64,000 bases of DNA from Candidatus Saccharibacteria bacterium CPR2 (GTDB lineage: Bacteria > Patescibacteriota > Saccharimonadia > Saccharimonadales > QWHN01), in contig QWHN01000005.1 in NCBI GenBank assembly GCA_021404905.1, forward strand, positions 16,102-80,101. The letters are read 5' to 3'. This document shows positions 10,071 through 19,612 of the stretch, piece after piece. The position numbers were made by a program, and so were the translations under genes. The stretch's first letter is position 1. Every line of letters starts with the position of its first letter. Below the pieces are notes generated by a model, which saw only the letters and a program-made list of their open reading frames with translations, did not search any database and had not been told where the DNA came from.

Positions 10071-11276
10071 TTGAGATCTAAAAACAGTAGTTTTTTTAGT
10101 ATAAAAAGCAACATTATTTTTTCGTTGGTATTAGTTGCTGTTATTAGTTTTTCTCTCGGAACTCGGTTTGATGAGATTAAAGCCAAAGTGCTTCATCAGT
10201 CTAGTAAGCAAAATTCAAGTCTTCCAAGTGAGCTTGACTATAGTTCAGTTAGCGAGCTGTACCAAATTTTAAAAAGTAAATTTGACGGGGAACTTAGCGA
10301 AGAAAAATTACTTGATGGTCTGAAGCATGGGCTGGCTGAAGCGTCAGGTGATCCGTACACTGTTTTCTTAAATCAAGACGAGGCGAAAGAATTTAGCAAT
10401 GAATTAAACGGTGAATTTACAGGAATCGGTGCAGAGCTGGGTAAGCGCAACGACCAGATAGTTATAATTGCACCGCTTGATGGTTATCCAGCTCAAAAAG
10501 CAGATTTAAGACCAAATGATGCCATAATCGGCATTAACGGCGAAGCAACGGTGGGAATGTCTATTGAAGAAGCGGTGTCTAAAATAAGAGGCGAAAAAGG
10601 CACGGACGTTACGCTCAATATTCAGCGCGCTGGAAATCGCTTTGATGTAACAATCACCAGAGATGTAATTGTTGTTCCCAGTGTCAGGCACGAAATTATC
10701 AGTGGGAAAATAGGATATTTAAGAATTACCAGATTTGCCGAAGACACAACAAGTTTGGCGAGTAAAGCCGTTAGTGATATGAAATCTCAGGGCATTAACT
10801 CTGTAATTTTGGATCTGCGCAATAATGGCGGAGGATATCTGGAGGGAGCGGTAGACATTGCAGGGCTTTGGTTGAACAACAAAGTTGTTGTAGAGCAACG
10901 TCAAGGAGATAAAGTTACAGATACGCTCAAATCGGGGAATTCAGCTCCGCTAGAAGGAGTAAACACGGTAGTTCTGATAAATGAAGGAAGTGCCAGCGCA
11001 AGCGAAATTGTTGCCGGTGCATTGCAAGATTATGGTGCTGCGAAACTGGTTGGTGTTACCAGTTTTGGTAAAGGCAGCGTTCAATCTCTTGAGTCACTAA
11101 GTAATGGCGGAAAATTAAAGGTCACTATTGCACGTTGGTTTACGCCCAACGGACGCAATATCGATGATGAAGGCATAAAGCCCGATACTGAAGTAAAACT
11201 TGAAGAGAAAGATTATGAAGCTGATCGCGACCCCCAAAAAGACAAAGCGATAGAAATGCTCGGAACTAGCAATTAG
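10071..11276 (+). CDS. S41 carboxy-terminal processing peptidase with PDZ domain
   Basis: 401 aa with TTG start. N-terminal TM, PDZ-like segment (GIGAELG...PLDGYPAQKADLRPNDAIIGING) and S41 catalytic region (NEGSASASEIVAGAL, FGKGSVQ). Confidence 0.85.
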   Translation: MRSKNSSFFSIKSNIIFSLVLVAVISFSLGTRFDEIKAKVLHQSSKQNSSLPSELDYSSVSELYQILKSKFDGELSEEKLLDGLKHGLAEASGDPYTVFLNQDEAKEFSNELNGEFTGIGAELGKRNDQIVIIAPLDGYPAQKADLRPNDAIIGINGEATVGMSIEEAVSKIRGEKGTDVTLNIQRAGNRFDVTITRDVIVVPSVRHEIISGKIGYLRITRFAEDTTSLASKAVSDMKSQGINSVILDLRNNGGGYLEGAVDIAGLWLNNKVVVEQRQGDKVTDTLKSGNSAPLEGVNTVVLINEGSASASEIVAGALQDYGAAKLVGVTSFGKGSVQSLESLSNGGKLKVTIARWFTPNGRNIDDEGIKPDTEVKLEEKDYEADRDPQKDKAIEMLGTSN

Positions 11277-11311
11277 GAACTAGGAAATAGAAAATAGAAA
11301 TTAGGAGATAG
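11270..11311. repeat. Heptamer array, TAG-arm only (caattag gaactag gaaatag aaaatag aaattag gagatag)
   Basis: Six phased 7-bp units ending in TAG. The first unit contains the stop codon of the S41 protease gene. The word family matches the arrays at 46.3, 51.1, 53.9, 59.5 and 61.2 kb. Confidence 0.7.
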
Positions 11312-11487
11312 TTAAAAGTCATCAAGTTTATAAGGTTATAAAGTGTTTTCTGAAGTTTATTAATTTGAGATTTGTTTGAAATTTGAGATTTGTATTTTGG
11401 AATTTATGTCCCACATCTATACTTCCATATTGCCTTTTAGCCCTGTCTTGATTAATATATACCTCATAGTATTGTGATTGGGAGGTT

Positions 11488-13092
11488 ATGGCTCGCAAAG
11501 AAACTCGGTTTATATTTGTAACCGGAGGAGTTCTCTCTGGTTTAGGAAAGGGGATTACAGCCGCATCTATCGGTACCATCCTTAAATCACGCGGCCTCTC
11601 AGTAAACATTCAGAAATTAGATCCGTATTTAAATGTAGACGCCGGAACGCTAAATCCGACAGAACATGGTGAATGCTTTGTAACTAAAGACGGGGCAGAA
11701 ACTGATCTTGATCTGGGCCATTACGAGAGATTTTTGGATATTGAACTTACTCAAAAAAGTTCAGTCATGAGCGGACGAATTTTGCGTGATCTCATTCAAG
11801 ATGAGCGCGAAGGCAAATACCTTGGGAAGACTGTTCAACTAGTACCACATTTTACTAATGCCATCCAGGAGAGAATTGTAGATGCGGCAGAGGATTTTGA
11901 TGTACATATAGTAGAAATTGGCGGTACAGTGGGAGATTATGAAAGCCCGCCTTTTTTTGAGGCAATTAGACAACTGGCAAACAAAGTCGGTAGAAACAAA
12001 TGCGCTTTCGTTCATGTTGTGTATTTGCCATATTTAGGAACAAGCAAAGAAATAAAAACCAAGCCAGCTCAAAATGCAACCCGTGATTTACGCGCAGTAG
12101 GAATAGTTCCGGATATTTTAGTGGCAAGAAGCGAGGAAAAACCAGGCAACGGAAATCTTATTCGTAAATTAAGCATATTCTGCGGTGTTGATGAAGAAGC
12201 TATAGCCTTACTGCCAAACGCTAAGTCGGTCTATGAGGTGCCACTGACACTCGAGCATACGGGCATAGGCAATGTCATACTAAAAAAACTTGGGCTTAAG
12301 CAAAAGAAACCAAACTTAAAAGAGTGGACGGAATTTATTAATAGCCTGAAAGAGCTGCACGAGCGCAAATTGAAAATTGGGGTCATTGCTAAGTATATGG
12401 ATAATGACGACACTTATCGCTCTGTATTTGAAGCTTTAATTAGCGCCGGGTATAAACACGGAGTAGACGTAGATATCAAATGGATAGATTCAGAAGAACT
12501 AGAATCGGAATCTCCCAGTAAGCTTCTTGGCCACCTGGACGGGATTCTCGTCCCAGGAGGTTTTGGCAGCCGAGGGCTAGAAGGAAAAATTAAAGCCGCG
12601 ACCTATGCTTTGAAGAAACAAATTCCTTATTTGGGTTTATGTTTAGGGATGCAAGTTGGCGCTGTGGCATTTGCCAGGGAAATCGGCTTAAAAGACGCTC
12701 ATACTCTCGAAGCAGAGCCAAACACAAAGGATCCTATCATTTACATAATGGAGGGCCAGGAAGCACTGGCCGGCACAGGTGGGACTATGAGACTTGGAGA
12801 TTATGAATGCGTATTAGTAAAAGGCACCAAAGTGCAAAAATTATATAAGACAAAGAAAGTGCTTGAAAGGCACAGACACAGGTATGAGTTTAATAATGAA
12901 TATAGAAATAGGTTTGAAAAAAACGGCATGATAGTTGCCGGCCATTCTCCAGATGGAAATCTGGTTGAGATAATAGAGCATAAAAATCATCCGTTTTTTG
13001 TTGGCTGTCAGTTCCATCCGGAATTTAAATCCCGACCTCAACGTCCGCACCCATTATTTGAAGGATTCATAGCTCGTTGCAAATCGGGCTAA
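11488..13092 (+). CDS. pyrG: CTP synthase
   Basis: 534 aa. N-terminal synthetase domain (FVTGGVLSGLGKGI) and C-terminal glutamine amidotransferase with GLCLGMQ and HRHRYE motifs. Confidence 0.95.
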   Translation: MARKETRFIFVTGGVLSGLGKGITAASIGTILKSRGLSVNIQKLDPYLNVDAGTLNPTEHGECFVTKDGAETDLDLGHYERFLDIELTQKSSVMSGRILRDLIQDEREGKYLGKTVQLVPHFTNAIQERIVDAAEDFDVHIVEIGGTVGDYESPPFFEAIRQLANKVGRNKCAFVHVVYLPYLGTSKEIKTKPAQNATRDLRAVGIVPDILVARSEEKPGNGNLIRKLSIFCGVDEEAIALLPNAKSVYEVPLTLEHTGIGNVILKKLGLKQKKPNLKEWTEFINSLKELHERKLKIGVIAKYMDNDDTYRSVFEALISAGYKHGVDVDIKWIDSEELESESPSKLLGHLDGILVPGGFGSRGLEGKIKAATYALKKQIPYLGLCLGMQVGAVAFAREIGLKDAHTLEAEPNTKDPIIYIMEGQEALAGTGGTMRLGDYECVLVKGTKVQKLYKTKKVLERHRHRYEFNNEYRNRFEKNGMIVAGHSPDGNLVEIIEHKNHPFFVGCQFHPEFKSRPQRPHPLFEGFIARCKSG

Positions 13093-13112
13093 GATCATGT
13101 AGCATAAGTGCT

Positions 13113-13508
13113 ATGAGCGATCAGGCTAAGAGAAGAATATTGTTGGTTGAAGATGACAGGGGACTTGCGAGTGTTTACACTACACGTTTGGAAGCAGAAG
13201 GTTTTGATGTTCGTCACGTAGCAGATGGTGAGAATGCTCTCTCAGAAGCATTAGATTATAAACCAGATTTAATTCTTCTTGATATCATGATGCCTAAAAT
13301 TAGCGGATTTGATGTATTGGATATTATGAGAAATACGCCTGAAACTTCGAAAATAAAGGTTATCATGCTCACAGCTTTGTCTCAGGCGAAAGATAAAGAA
13401 AAAGCAGAAAAATTAGGCGTGGACGATTATTTAGTGAAATCTCAAGTTGTTATCGCAGATGTTATCGAACGTGTTAAATATCATCTTGGAATTACAACAA
13501 ATAATTAA
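13113..13508 (+). CDS. Stand-alone receiver-domain response regulator (CheY-like)
   Basis: The ATG at 13113 gives MSDQAKRRILLVEDD. The track's TTG at 13077 would overlap pyrG. REC motifs LLVEDD, LILLDIMMP and MLTA...K are present, with no output domain. Paralogous to the N-terminus of the 47134-48609 gene. Confidence 0.85.
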   Translation: MSDQAKRRILLVEDDRGLASVYTTRLEAEGFDVRHVADGENALSEALDYKPDLILLDIMMPKISGFDVLDIMRNTPETSKIKVIMLTALSQAKDKEKAEKLGVDDYLVKSQVVIADVIERVKYHLGITTNN

Positions 13509-13715
13509 ACCTCTTAAAATAAAACAGTAATTATATTTTTATAATCCCCTGGTTTATTAGAGTTTTAGCCTACTTAGAATAAAAGTTTGCTATATATCAA
13601 ATTTTATTACTTTAATGCAACTATATTTATATGAAACAATTTATATTGACAGGAGGCAACAATAGTGCTAGTGTTTAAGATGTGTATATAACGTTAAATT
13701 AAAATAAAAATAAAC

Positions 13716-14324
13716 ATGGAAACATTATCAGTCGAGTCACAAGAAAATAGTCATAGGGATAGAATAAAAATTAGAGAAGAAATCTTTGCTCCGCCTGCCA
13801 TGAGCCCACCCGAATCTGCTTGGGGTGGGAAGGGCAGAGAGGCGATAGATGAGGGTACTATCCGCTCAGCCATGCATACTATGGCAGAGGTGTTAGGAAA
13901 CGATGCTTCACCGATTTCTAAAATATTACGAGAACATGCAAATAAAATTAGCGGGGGTATAGAACCTAGCCCAAACTTGTTGATGGGGAATATGGTTGAA
14001 GATGTGCGTACAAATCCAGATCTGAGAATAGAAATAGCAAGAGCGACTCTTGAGAGCATAGAAGAGCATATATCCCTGTTCCCAGACAGAATTAGGAGAA
14101 ATACTGAAAAGCTGCCCGGTTTAACAGGCTATCCTGAAAGAGTAACAAGTCGAGAGTATGTAGCTCTTTTATGTTTATCAATGCTTGATGGTACATTTCA
14201 AAACGATAGAGTTCCTAAGTCAGATAATATTCAATACGATCAAGAGTATGGTAGTGTTGAATCAGGCCAACATCGTGCTTCAGCTGAAATGCTATTGTTT
14301 GGGCGCTTAGATTTAGATAATTAA
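13716..14324 (+). CDS. Hypothetical protein (orphan)
   Basis: 202-aa ORF after a 207-bp AT-rich spacer. No motif recognised and no obvious SD sequence. Coding status rests on ORF length and composition only. Confidence 0.45.
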   Translation: METLSVESQENSHRDRIKIREEIFAPPAMSPPESAWGGKGREAIDEGTIRSAMHTMAEVLGNDASPISKILREHANKISGGIEPSPNLLMGNMVEDVRTNPDLRIEIARATLESIEEHISLFPDRIRRNTEKLPGLTGYPERVTSREYVALLCLSMLDGTFQNDRVPKSDNIQYDQEYGSVESGQHRASAEMLLFGRLDLDN

Positions 14325-14593
14325 ATGACACTGACTTCAGTGCGGGGTTCTGTTTTACCGGTAAAACGGCGGATTTTGGTTTTACGGAAAGCAACTTCGC
14401 CAGCTTTAGTGGCATAAATGGTATAATCGCGGCCCATTTTTGTACCTGGTCCTGAAATTTTTGTGCGTCCAACCTGGCGGACAATAACTGATCCGGCAGT
14501 TACTTTTTCACCGCCAAAAGCTTTAACGCCCAGCCGTTGTCCGGGGGAGTCATGTACGTTTTTACTGGAGCCACCTGCTTTAGTTTTTGACAT
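14321..14593 (-). CDS. rpmA: 50S ribosomal protein L27
   Basis: 90 aa. MSKTKAGGSSKNVHDSPGQRLGVK...GSVIVRQVG matches the conserved bL27 N-terminus. Confidence 0.95.
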   Translation of the reverse strand: MSKTKAGGSSKNVHDSPGQRLGVKAFGGEKVTAGSVIVRQVGRTKISGPGTKMGRDYTIYATKAGEVAFRKTKIRRFTGKTEPRTEVSVI

Positions 14594-15775
14594 TTACTTC
14601 CTTTTCATAACCAAAAGCTCTCGTCCAACAACTTGATTAAATCTTCTATAAATTAGGTCGTTGTTGTTAGCGTGAGAAAAACTCAGACGAGTATATCCTA
14701 AACTCTCGAGGCGGTCAACTGTTTTAAGGTGTAATAGCTTATTTTTTGACCACCAAACCGGCACCGCCAAGCATAGTCGCGCGCCAGATTTTAACTGATC
14801 ACAGACGTTAAGCAGAAATTTCTCTAAAATTTCATCTACTTGCGTCTTAATTATTTCAATTTCTTTTTCTCCCGGAAAAACTCGTAATGGCGGCCCAAGA
14901 TATATTTCGCTGGCTATATGTTGAATTGGTGATTTATGTTCGGGTTCTAACTTGAGTTTAGTCGCGTCTGCTACTGAAAGCGAATATTGCATGCTACGAT
15001 TGTGTCCATAATTTTTTTTCAGCCAATTAAGATTAACATTGGCATACTCAACCATGCGTGGATCGATATCACTTCCATAAACGTCAATGTTCATTAAAAG
15101 TGCTTCTTGAAGTAACACGCCGGTGCCACAAAACGGATCCCAAAGAATGCCAAATTCTTTTACGCCGGAGAGATTAATCATAATTTGTGCTAATTTTGGG
15201 GGCAGCATGCCAACTCTGGCGTCGCGTTTTGGCCGGCCATGGTCTCGTTTGCTGTAAAAATTAATATTTTGAATTGCCACTGTTTGACATAAAACTAATT
15301 GATTACGGTTAAATGCTGCGATAATTTCGAGATTCGGCGATTGGTCCAGATTGTTGTGAAGCACCTGGGCGCTGCTAAGCTGAGATTTGCCTGACCCAAC
15401 AATGCGGATATTCGTTTTATAAGATTTGCGAAAATTGTGTTTGAATTCAATCATTTTATTTTGGAGGATTTTTGCAGAAACTTTTACCCCATAAACACTT
15501 ATCCCGACATTACATTTGGCATCTACATTCTTTACCTTTTCTGTAAAAATCTTTTCAATTATTGGCCAAGCTTCCTCAAAATTTTTTACCGAAGCCTGTT
15601 TTAAAACCAATGCGATTTTTTGACTGCCGCCAAGCCTGGTGATACTAGGCTCAGTATCTAAATCAACGAGTGCAATGTCTTTACCAAAGCTGGCTAAACT
15701 ATTAGCTCCATAAACACTTTCAAGTTCCGCCAAAGACAACTTAGGCTGCCTGCCCAAAACAAACGCGTATTTCAT
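14594..15775 (-). CDS. SAM-dependent RNA methyltransferase, Trm11/Trm14/RlmL-like (putative)
   Basis: 393 aa. Class I methyltransferase motif I region LWDPFCGTGVLLQEA followed by GSDIDP. The N-terminal half could be a THUMP-like RNA-binding module. Abuts rpmA with no spacer. Confidence 0.55.
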   Translation of the reverse strand: MKYAFVLGRQPKLSLAELESVYGANSLASFGKDIALVDLDTEPSITRLGGSQKIALVLKQASVKNFEEAWPIIEKIFTEKVKNVDAKCNVGISVYGVKVSAKILQNKMIEFKHNFRKSYKTNIRIVGSGKSQLSSAQVLHNNLDQSPNLEIIAAFNRNQLVLCQTVAIQNINFYSKRDHGRPKRDARVGMLPPKLAQIMINLSGVKEFGILWDPFCGTGVLLQEALLMNIDVYGSDIDPRMVEYANVNLNWLKKNYGHNRSMQYSLSVADATKLKLEPEHKSPIQHIASEIYLGPPLRVFPGEKEIEIIKTQVDEILEKFLLNVCDQLKSGARLCLAVPVWWSKNKLLHLKTVDRLESLGYTRLSFSHANNNDLIYRRFNQVVGRELLVMKRK

Positions 15776-15853
15776 TAATTTTAATTATACTGATTTAACT
15801 TAAAAATACTGCATCCATCTGGAATTTAATTGAAGTAGGGTATACTAAAAGCG

Positions 15854-16864
15854 ATGAAATGGAAGGTAATCTTTAACATCGGTGCCTTGTTCGCGCTTGG
15901 AGTTGTAATTTATGTTGCCCGGGATGATATTTCATCAGCACTGGCTAATTTGAAGAACGTGAATATAGCAATAGTTCTACTCATGATACCAATCCAATTG
16001 TTTAGCTATCACGCTGTCGCAAAATTTTATTTGGAGTATTTTAGAGCGCTTGGCCACAACGCAAGCTACAAAGGTTTGTATCGAATTTGTCTGGAGTTAA
16101 ATTTTGTGAATCAAGCGTTTCCGAGCGGGGGAATATCCGGCGTCTCTTATTTGTCTTATAGATTGAAACATCATGGAATATCTTACGCTAAATCTACGTT
16201 GGCGCAGATTGCGCGCTTCGGACTCATTTTTGTCTCATACCAATTTTTATTAATTTTTGGATGGCTTGTACTATTTTTTCGAGGTAAAGCATCTGATTTA
16301 ACTTTATTTATAACATTTGCAATTGGATTCGGGCTTATTTCGATAACACTGCTTGGCATATTTATTATCAGCGATAAAAAGCGAATTAATAACTTTACCA
16401 CTTGGCTTGCAAGGGTTGTAAATAGAATTTTGTATATTTTTAGGCCCAGGCACCCCGAAACAATCAGAATTACAAAGGTAAAAGAAGTTTTTAGCGAACT
16501 TCATGAAGACTATGTGAAGCTACGCAATAATAAGGAAAAACTATATACTCCGATTTATTACGCTTTTTTGGCGAATGTTGCTGAAGTGGCCACTATTTAT
16601 GTTGTATATGTGGCGTTTGGGCAATGGGTAAATGTAGGCGCAGTCATAATTGCTTATGCTCTAGCGAATCTGGCTGGCGCCATTGCCATTTTGCCAGGCG
16701 GGATAGGCGTGTATGAAAGTATGATGGCTATAGTTATGGTTAGCGCCGGTGTCCCTGCGGGAATTAGCGTGTCAGTGACTATCATGTACCGAATCCTTAA
16801 TATGGTATTTTTCCTGCCGGTAGGTTATGTGCTCTACGCCAACGCACTTAGAAAAAATACTTGA
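15854..16864 (+). CDS. Polytopic membrane protein, UPF0104 / lysyl-PG-synthase-TM-like (flippase-like) family
   Basis: 336 aa with about 8 hydrophobic helices. The N-terminus and spacing resemble the UPF0104 family. Family assignment is from memory, not from a search. Confidence 0.5.
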   Translation: MKWKVIFNIGALFALGVVIYVARDDISSALANLKNVNIAIVLLMIPIQLFSYHAVAKFYLEYFRALGHNASYKGLYRICLELNFVNQAFPSGGISGVSYLSYRLKHHGISYAKSTLAQIARFGLIFVSYQFLLIFGWLVLFFRGKASDLTLFITFAIGFGLISITLLGIFIISDKKRINNFTTWLARVVNRILYIFRPRHPETIRITKVKEVFSELHEDYVKLRNNKEKLYTPIYYAFLANVAEVATIYVVYVAFGQWVNVGAVIIAYALANLAGAIAILPGGIGVYESMMAIVMVSAGVPAGISVSVTIMYRILNMVFFLPVGYVLYANALRKNT

Positions 16865-16873
16865 CTTAGTGAA

Positions 16874-18046
16874 ATGGAAAACCTTGTACTTAGCGTAACC
16901 GAATTTATAACGTTAATTAATCAGACTCTCGAGTATGCCTACCCTGTAGTGTATGTAGAGGGCGAGGTTTCTGAATTTCGTATCAGCAAAAATAAATGGG
17001 TTTATTTTAATCTAAAGGATGACGAGTCTAAGGTTCAGTGTTTTGCGTCTGTATACAGCCTATCTACGGTTGTTGAAGATGGAATGAAATTACGGGTAAA
17101 GGGCTTGCCAAAACTTCACAATAAATATGGGTTTAGCATAAATGTTTCCGGTCTAAAGCCAGTTGGGGAGGGGAGTTTAAAAAAAGCTTTTGAGCTTCTT
17201 AAAAATAAACTTGAAAAAGAAGGTTTGTTTGCCCCTGAACGCAAAAGACCTCTGCCAACATATCCAGAAACTGTTGGCATAATAAGCTCCGAGCAGGCAG
17301 CAGGCTACGCGGATTTCATTAAAATTGTTAACAAAAGGTGGATAGGTGTTGACTTTAAGTTTATTGATGTGCAGGTTCAAGGGGAGCCAGCCGTCAGTGA
17401 CATTGTATCTGCCATAGAAACTTTCAATCGATTGCCCCAGTTGCCTCAAGTTTTGGTAATAATTCGCGGCGGTGGGAGTCTTGATGATTTGCAGGCTTTT
17501 AATACAGAGCCGGTTGCGAGGTCAATATCTTCCAGCAGAGTTCCGATATTAACGGGCGTGGGGCATGAAGTTGACGTAACACTTGCAGATTTGGCAGCTG
17601 ATGTGAGAGCGTCAACACCTAGCAATGCCGCGGAAATTCTTGTTCCGGATATGAGAGATGTATCAATACAGGTTAATAGTTCTTTTGCCGGCATTAGAGC
17701 GAAATTTGACCATCGTATAAAGGAATTAAATTTTAAAATCGAGCATTTAGAAAATACCTTGTTGCGTTATATCAATAATCCTCTTGAGAGAATTAATGAA
17801 TTAAATTCTCGTTTAACTTCTGGACATGAGAGAATGATTAAGTACATTTCCGATCAACTTCAAAATTTTGGTAATCTTTTAAATACTTTTAACCCAAGAG
17901 CGGTACTAAAACGCGGGTATAGTATAGTTCGGTCAAATAACTCTCTGATCAGAAGTGGTAATAATGTGAAAGTGGGCGATGAACTCGTGGTAGAATTAAT
18001 CGACGCGATAATAAAATCAGGAGTCATTAGTGTCACAAAAAAATAA
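16874..18046 (+). CDS. xseA: Exodeoxyribonuclease VII large subunit
   Basis: 390 aa. N-terminal OB-fold segment (VYVEGEVSEFRISKNKWVYFNLKD), central catalytic region (IRGGGSLDDLQAFN, GVGHEVD), and xseB immediately downstream. Confidence 0.85.
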   Translation: MENLVLSVTEFITLINQTLEYAYPVVYVEGEVSEFRISKNKWVYFNLKDDESKVQCFASVYSLSTVVEDGMKLRVKGLPKLHNKYGFSINVSGLKPVGEGSLKKAFELLKNKLEKEGLFAPERKRPLPTYPETVGIISSEQAAGYADFIKIVNKRWIGVDFKFIDVQVQGEPAVSDIVSAIETFNRLPQLPQVLVIIRGGGSLDDLQAFNTEPVARSISSSRVPILTGVGHEVDVTLADLAADVRASTPSNAAEILVPDMRDVSIQVNSSFAGIRAKFDHRIKELNFKIEHLENTLLRYINNPLERINELNSRLTSGHERMIKYISDQLQNFGNLLNTFNPRAVLKRGYSIVRSNNSLIRSGNNVKVGDELVVELIDAIIKSGVISVTKK

Positions 18047-18251
18047 AGTTTCAAATTTTTCTGAGCTGATGAATGAGCTTGAAGAAATAGTTTCCTGGTT
18101 TGAAGAATCAGATGTAGATTTAGATGAAGGCTTGAAAAAGTTCGAGAGAGGTGCTCAAATAGTTGACGTGCTAAAAAAACGCCTAAAAGAAGCATCAAAC
18201 AAAGTAACCAAAATTCAGGCAAAATATAATTCAAGCTCAGAAACAGAATAA
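18030..18251 (+). CDS. xseB: Exodeoxyribonuclease VII small subunit
   Basis: 73 aa with GTG start overlapping the xseA end. FSELMNELEEIV...DVDLDEGLKKFERG is typical of XseB. Confidence 0.8.
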   Translation: MSQKNKVSNFSELMNELEEIVSWFEESDVDLDEGLKKFERGAQIVDVLKKRLKEASNKVTKIQAKYNSSSETE

Positions 18252-18275
18252 TAAATGAGAATTAGTATATAAATT

Positions 18276-18779
18276 ATGACCCCGACTATATTACTTTTGG
18301 TGGCCTTGATTTTACCTTTCTTTATTGTGATAGTAAGCGGCGCGCCTTATCTTCCTACACGCAGGCGGCAAGTAGAGCAGGCGCTGGATATGCTTAAACT
18401 CAAACCTGGCCAAACATTACTTGAACTTGGTTGTGGCGACGGCATAGTAATTGTGATTGCGGCAAAGAGAGGAATTAAAGTTATAGGATATGAAGTTAAT
18501 CCGTTCTTGTGGTTTATTGCCTGGGTTAGGACAAGAAAATACAGGAAACAAGTACAGGTTTATTGGGGAGACTTCTGGAGCAAACCTTTTCCGAGCAGCA
18601 CAGACGCTGTCTATGTATTTTTAATAGATCATTTCATGGGTCGACTTCATAAAAAATTACTTAGCGAAATAAAAAAATGTAAGAAATGTATTAAGGTTGC
18701 CAGCTATACATTCAGTATTCCAGATAAAAAACCCGAGGAGCAAAAGGGAGCAATATATCTCTACAAATATTCACCGTAG
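18276..18779 (+). CDS. Small class I SAM-dependent methyltransferase with N-terminal membrane helix
   Basis: 167 aa. Motif I LLELGCGDGIV. The N-terminal 20 aa are hydrophobic. Confidence 0.6.
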   Translation: MTPTILLLVALILPFFIVIVSGAPYLPTRRRQVEQALDMLKLKPGQTLLELGCGDGIVIVIAAKRGIKVIGYEVNPFLWFIAWVRTRKYRKQVQVYWGDFWSKPFPSSTDAVYVFLIDHFMGRLHKKLLSEIKKCKKCIKVASYTFSIPDKKPEEQKGAIYLYKYSP

Positions 18780-18819
18780 TCAGTTTGCATATTACTTATG
18801 CTTTAGATAACATTTAACT

Positions 18820-19536
18820 ATGCCTCCGCAAACGAATTCAAATTCATCTCCTATGCAGCCGCCTATAGGAACACCCCATATGGGGCCTAAAATAAAAAAA
18901 TCTCGATCAATGAATCTGCTGCTAATCCCGGTTGTTGTACTTCTTGTGTTGACCCTGGCTTTAGCTGGTTTTGGCTTTTGGGCTTATGCAAATTATGTTG
19001 ATCATAAAAATAACGTTCAGGAAAAAGTCGAGGCTGCGGTTAAAGAGTCCAATGACGCTTTGCAAAAAAAACTGGAAAATGAATTTCTCGAAAAAGAGAA
19101 AGAACCATATAAGGTTTATGAGTCTCCCGGCGAGCTTGGTAGCGTGAGAATTACATATCCTAAAACCTGGAGCGCTTTTATGGATGAAAAAATAAGGGGG
19201 ACTGTTGCCCTTGACGGGTATTTGCATCCCGGCACGGTTAAGTCAGATAATTCCGGCTTAAAATATGCTCTGAGAGTTGAAATATTGAACAGAGAATACA
19301 GCAAAGAAGTCTCTGATTATCAAAAGAAGGCAGATAAAGGAGAGGTAAAAGCTTCAAACATACAGGTATCAGGAGTGGCAGGAGTTCGTTTTGACGGAAC
19401 AATAGAAAAAGATGTGCAAGGAGCAATAATTTTAATTCCGACTAGGGACAAAGTATTAAAGGTTTGGACTGAATCAACTGAATATCTGTCTGATTATAAC
19501 GAAGTAATTTTGAAAAATCTTAGTTTCACGCCTTAG
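18820..19536 (+). CDS. Hypothetical membrane-anchored protein
   Basis: 238 aa. Pro/Ser-rich N-terminus, one TM (LLLIPVVVLLVLTLALAGFGFWAY), then a soluble domain with no motif recognised. Confidence 0.5.
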   Translation: MPPQTNSNSSPMQPPIGTPHMGPKIKKSRSMNLLLIPVVVLLVLTLALAGFGFWAYANYVDHKNNVQEKVEAAVKESNDALQKKLENEFLEKEKEPYKVYESPGELGSVRITYPKTWSAFMDEKIRGTVALDGYLHPGTVKSDNSGLKYALRVEILNREYSKEVSDYQKKADKGEVKASNIQVSGVAGVRFDGTIEKDVQGAIILIPTRDKVLKVWTESTEYLSDYNEVILKNLSFTP

Positions 19537-19612
19537 TTTATTAATTTTTTAGCTTTCTTCATAAATGTTTTCTTTAACTCCCTTATTTAGTGGAGTAAAA
19601 TTGTAACTATAT

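Noticed and set aside
11328-11609. 93-aa minus-strand ORF overlapping the pyrG start
   Set aside because: It is antisense to the well-supported pyrG 5' end and runs through repeat sequence. There are no coding signals.
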